Shown: in pieces, positions 59,487 to 64,000 of the stretch | Layout of the letters: the number at the start of each line of letters is the position of its first letter | Position numbering within the stretch: the first letter of the stretch is position 1 | Assembly (NCBI RefSeq): GCF_963921235.1 | Contig: NC_086128.1 | Coordinates: 15,500,001 to 15,564,000, forward strand | Origin: Mobula hypostoma | Lineage: Eukaryota | DNA length: 64,000 nt | Direction: 5' to 3' | Notes under the pieces: model-generated | Told to the model about the DNA's origin: nothing | The model's database searches: none | What the model saw: only the letters and a program-made list of their open reading frames with translations | Translations under genes and position numbers: made by a program

Positions 59487-60550
59487 CAACACACATCAAA
59501 GTTGCTGGTGAACGCAGCAGGCCAGGCAGCATCTCTAGGAAGGGGTGCAGTCGACATTTCAGGCCGAGACCCTTCGTCAGGACTAACTGAAGGAAGAGTT
59601 AGTAAGAGATTTGAAAGTGGGAGGGGGAGGGATGGAGCCAAGAGCTGCACAGTTGATTGGCAAAATGGATATGAGAGGATCATGGGACAGGAGGTCCGGG
59701 GAGAAAGACAAGGGGTGGGGGAAACCAGAGGATGGGCAAGGAGTATAGTGAGAGGGACAGAGGGAGAAAAAGGAGCATGCGAGAAAGAATGTGCGTATAA
59801 AAATAAATAACAGATGGGGTACGAGGGGGAGTTGGGGCATTAGCGGAAGTTAGAGAAGTCGATGTTCATGCCATCAGGTTGGAGGCTGCCCAGACGGAAT
59901 GTAAGGTGTTGTTCCTCCAACCTGAGTGTGGCTTCATCTTTACAGTAGAGGAGGCCGTGGATAGACATGTCAGAATGGGAATGGGATGTGGAATTAAAAT
60001 GTGTGGCCACTGGGAGATCCTGCTTTCTCTGGCAGACAGAGCGTAGGTGTTCAGCAAAGCGGTGTCCCAGTCTGCGTCGGGTCTGGCCAATATATAGAAG
60101 GCCACATCGGGAGCACCGGATGCAGTATATCACCCCAGCCGACTCACAGGTGAAGTGTCACCTCACCTGAAAGGACTGTCTGTGGCCCTGAATGGTGGTA
60201 AGGGAGGAAGTGTAAGGACACGTGTAGCACCTGTTCCGCTTACAAGGATAAGTGCCAGGAGGGAGATCAGTGGGGAAGGATGGGGGGGACGAATGGACAA
60301 GGGAGTCACGAAGGGAGCGATCTCTGCAGAAAGCAGAGAGGCCGGGGAGGGAAAGATGTGCTTAGTGGTGGGATCCTGTTCGAGTTGGCGGAAGTTACGG
60401 AGAATAATATGTTGGACCTGGAGGCTGGCGGGGTGGTAGGTGAGGACCAGGGGAACGCTATTCCTAGTGGGGTAGCGGGAGGATGGAGTAAGAGCAGATG
60501 TACGTGAAATGGGGGAGATGCGTTTGAGAGCAGAGTTGATAGTGGAGGAA
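59487..60550 (-). mobile_element. Penelope-like element, 5'-truncated: RT C-terminus, GIY-YIG endonuclease, terminal repeat
   Basis: IYCIRCSRCGLLYIGQTRRRLGHRFAEH...VATHFN...RLGSLQPDGMN (59840-60133). Confidence 0.92.
59549..59584 (-). ncRNA. Minimal type I hammerhead ribozyme motif in the Penelope terminal repeat
   Basis: Minus strand: AGUC-CUGACGA-AGGGUCUCGGCCU-GAAA-UG-UC-GACU. Confidence 0.75.
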
Positions 60551-60578
60551 ATAAGTAAATGTTCTTGGCGTTTGTGTA

Positions 60579-60610
<32 letters not shown>

Positions 60611-62589
60611 AGATTGTGTGTCGGCACGGTGGGCGTGGCGTTCCTTTTGTTCTCCCGGGCTTCCTGATTGCGGCGTACCTGAATCTCATCTAACCTGCAG
60701 AATAAGTACCCCGGCTTTCCATCCACTCATCGCCAGATCGTTGCTTCAGCCAGTGTGCTAGTTCACGTCCTAGGCCGCTTCCAATTGTGTATTCTAGATT
60801 TTCTTTCCACGCTGTTGTCTGCCGGTGTCAACTCTGTCTCTCTGTGTCAGTGCCTTGAATTTGGGTTCACCCGTTCGCCTCAACAATTCTGTATTCCTTT
60901 TGTACTACCTCGAAATTATTACGTTTGGATACCCTGTCTGGATGGCGTGCAAAGCAAAAGCATTTCTCTATATCTTCTCAGTACATGTGACAATATCAAA
61001 CCAATAACTTGCACGTGTACTACCATCAGCTCATATTGGAAGCTACTGAGCCAATAGGCTGGTCCTGGACTTATTTCATAATTTACTGGCATAATTTACA
61101 TATTACTATTTAAATATTTATGGTTCTATTACTATTTATTATTTATGGTCCAACTGTAACAAAAACCAATTTCCCCTGCGATCAATAAAGTATGACTATG
61201 CCTATGACTATTATTAGCTTCCAAATGAAACCAAATTGGAGAGGACCTGCTGCATTGTGCATCTGAAGAGAATTTGACGCCAAGCAGCTCAGCATGGTTG
61301 GAGAAAACACAGACACCCAGACATTGTCTTTACTTCCCACAAAGAAAGTGGCATTGTGCTCGCACAAGAAGAAAATCATACTTTCGGAATTCTCCAAGAT
61401 CTGTTGTTAGATCCATTGGACATCAGCTGCCCTTGATCAAATCCAAGCAGAAATGTCATTGGAGGCATATTAGACAGTTTTGTAACACATATAGAGGCAA
61501 ATATGAAGCATGTTCAACTTGTGACCTCAGTCAACTGCTTCGCCAAATCGGTAATTAAAGCACAGGGAAAGCTTGTGAGGGAAGATATATGCTACATTAG
61601 CCAATTGGCATAGCTTTTCCAAATTGTAGCAAGAGGGTAATAAAAGGCAACAATTCTGATGGACACAGAGAGACAAAGACAATAGCATATAATAGGCAAG
61701 AATTGTGAACATCTTTGTGCGGTATCATGAATAATGCACTAACCTGGAAGACCTCTGGCCTGGTAGAAAACTCCTTAATAACTTCTCTTTTGATTCCTCC
61801 CACTTTCCACAAGCAAAGGTGTAGTCAAGGGCACACTCATAGGCCCCAGCTAAGGCTACATGCACCAGTCCTTACTCCAAAGCTATTCTGGCCTTTCAGC
61901 CTACACTAGCATTGAGGTTTCACCTAGCAGGACCGCAGTCATTTTAATTGTGCTGCTTCCCTTCATTAAAATGACAAGTTTGCTTACTTTAGTGAATATT
62001 TGTTTTTTTTTTCATTCATTTACAGAAAGTGAACATCCTACAGGAAATAAATATATTTTCAGAACAGCATTTATTCTTTTGAATTATTTAGATGCCTAAC
62101 TACCACCAATATCTGAAAGTTTTAAGGGCCCTTGAAAACATCAGTAGCCAAAACGCCATCAGGGTGGTTCTCTGGCAGGGCCTTTGTTTCCACTGTCTAC
62201 ATCCTGTGGCCTGCTCCATCTTACGTAACAGCTACAAAAGGGAGACTGCCAGGACTAGTGAGCTGCGTGGTACGTAGACACTGCGCAAGAGATGAATGTG
62301 AAGTGCAGACCAGCTCCAGCATCCACTGACTCGGTCAAACATATGGGATGGGAAGAGGATGAGAAAGTGGAGCTGAGGCCAAGATCAGGCAGCCATGATA
62401 CTGTAGAATTGTGACCCTGTAGTGACAGAGACTGGGAGGAGACATGTGGACATGACAGAGGGTTGCAGATGGTGGGATCTGATAGGAGATGAAGGTGAAA
62501 CATGGAACCGAATAAGGGAGGTGGGGAGGGCAGTATGGTGGAAGTTCCAGGTGTCAGGGAGCATGAAATGTGTGAAGTTTTGAGGAAGT

Positions 62590-63465
62590 AGAGAGGCTAC
62601 AGAAGGACAGACAGATTAGGAGAATAGACAAAGAAATGGCAGATGGAACACAGTTTGGGGAAGTGTATGGTCATGCACTTTGGCAGGAAAAAATGAAAGG
62701 GTTGACTATTTTCTAAATGGGGAGAAAATAGAAAAAACTGAGATGCAAAGGGACTTGGGAGTCCTTGTGCAGGATTCCCTGAGGGGTAACTGGCAGGCTG
62801 AGTCTGTGGTGAGGAAGGCAAATGCAATGTTGGCATTCATTTCAAGAGGACGAGATTATAAAAGCAAGGTTGTAATATTGAGACCTTATAAAGCACTGGT
62901 GATGCCTCACTTGGAATATTGCGAGCAGTTTTGGGCCCCTTATCTTAGAAAGGAAGTGCGGAAACTTGAGAGGATGCAAAGATCGCTCACACAAAAGATT
63001 TCAGGATTAAACGCTTGTCATATGAAGAATGTTTGATGGCCTGGGCCTGTATTCACTGGAATTCAGAAGAACGAGGAGTCACCTCATTGAAACCTATCAA
63101 ATGGCGAAAGACCTTGATAGAGTGGACGTGGAGAGTATGTTTCCTATGATGGGAGAGTCTAAGACCAGAGGACACAGCCTCAGAATAGAGGGGTGTCCTT
63201 TTAGAATGGAGGTGAGGAGGAATTTCTTTAACTAGAGTGGTGTATCTGTGGAATTCTTTCCCACAGACAGCTGTAGAGGCCAAGAGTTTACGTATATTTA
63301 AGGCAGAGGTTGATAGATTCTTGATTGGTCAGAGCATGAAGGGATTTGGGGGCAGATGGGCAGGAGACTGGGGCTGAGAGGAAAATTGGATCAGCCATGA
63401 TGACATGGCGGAGCAGACTCGATGGGCCAAATTCCCTAATTCTGCTGCTATATCTTATGGTTTTA
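62590..63465 (+). mobile_element. CR1 3' fragment
   Basis: QRDLGVLVQDSL...PHLEYCEQFWAPYL...; 3' UTR ending tcttatgg. Confidence 0.88.
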
Positions 63466-63725
63466 AACTACCCATAGGGAATATGAGGTGCTGTTCCTCT
63501 AGCATGATCCTAGCAATTCAGGAGTCCAGGGCAGTCAGGTCGGTATGGGAATTCGGAGGGCAAGTAAAATGACCGGGAACCGGGAGCTGCTTCCAAAATG
63601 TCCCAGCATGCCTTGCAATGCTGGAGATACTCTGAATCTACCACCTACCTGTACAATGTATCTCAACCACCGTGGGTCAGGTGGGTTGGGCAGTCAAACT
63701 GACACTTAATGGTCGTTTCTCCGCT

Positions 63726-64000
63726 CTTGATCGGCGTTGCTTGAGCAACTGGAGGGAGCTCTTCTTGTTTCCCGGACTCGCTCATTCTTGCTGACGCCAG
63801 TTTGGCCCGAGGCACCGAGAGCGGTTACCGTGCACAAGCGGACAGGTTGGAACCCATGGGAGAGGGTGTGCCGAGCTCCTCCTCTATCTCGATGTCACCA
63901 TGCCCATTTCTGTCAGCTGACACCCCGACCAAGCCCAGATCCGCACTGCTCATAAAAGCAGCTCAAAGCCGCTCTCACCTGCGCCAGCAGTTCAGATCGG
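63726..64000 (+). promoter_or_regulatory. Promoter and 5' end of a probable third keratin gene (copy of the keratin B promoter); CDS beyond the window
   Basis: 275 bp reading identical to 47302-47576 (offset 16424), including CATAAAA at 63951-63957. Confidence 0.8.

Larger units (their letters stand above)
59380..60885 (+). mobile_element. Probable solo LTR interrupted at its (TG)n tract by a Penelope element
   Basis: TGTCAC...CAACA termini; near-TSD attca/attct; TG-rich tracts on both sides of the insert. Confidence 0.55.

Overview
Vertebrate genomic DNA, most likely from an elasmobranch (ray or shark), judged from an HE1/V-type SINE, a Deu-SINE, and abundant CR1, Rex1/Babar and Penelope repeats. 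The window covers part of a tandem + strand cluster of type II (K8-like) keratin genes. Gene A has exons 3-9 here (689-9126) and a K8-type tail. Gene B is complete (9 exons, 47629-54843, 489 aa) but both of its normally invariant rod-end motifs are altered ([11 protein letters not shown] and [13 protein letters not shown]). A third gene appears to start at the right edge: 63726-64000 reads identical to gene B's proximal promoter, while the sequence just upstream is only diverged-homologous, which suggests gene conversion. The 38 kb between A and B is nested mobile DNA. It holds a full-length Gmr1-like LTR retrotransposon (PR-IN-RT-RH order, SCAN-like Gag, tRNA-Pro PBS) with a CR1 inserted in its integrase, a decayed sushi-type Gypsy element, an IR/DR Tc1 transposon and many LINE fragments. 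Penelope termini carrying minimal hammerhead-ribozyme motifs are scattered across the window, and two solo LTRs lie downstream of gene B. All alignments and counts were made by eye; repeat boundaries are approximate unless termini are quoted.
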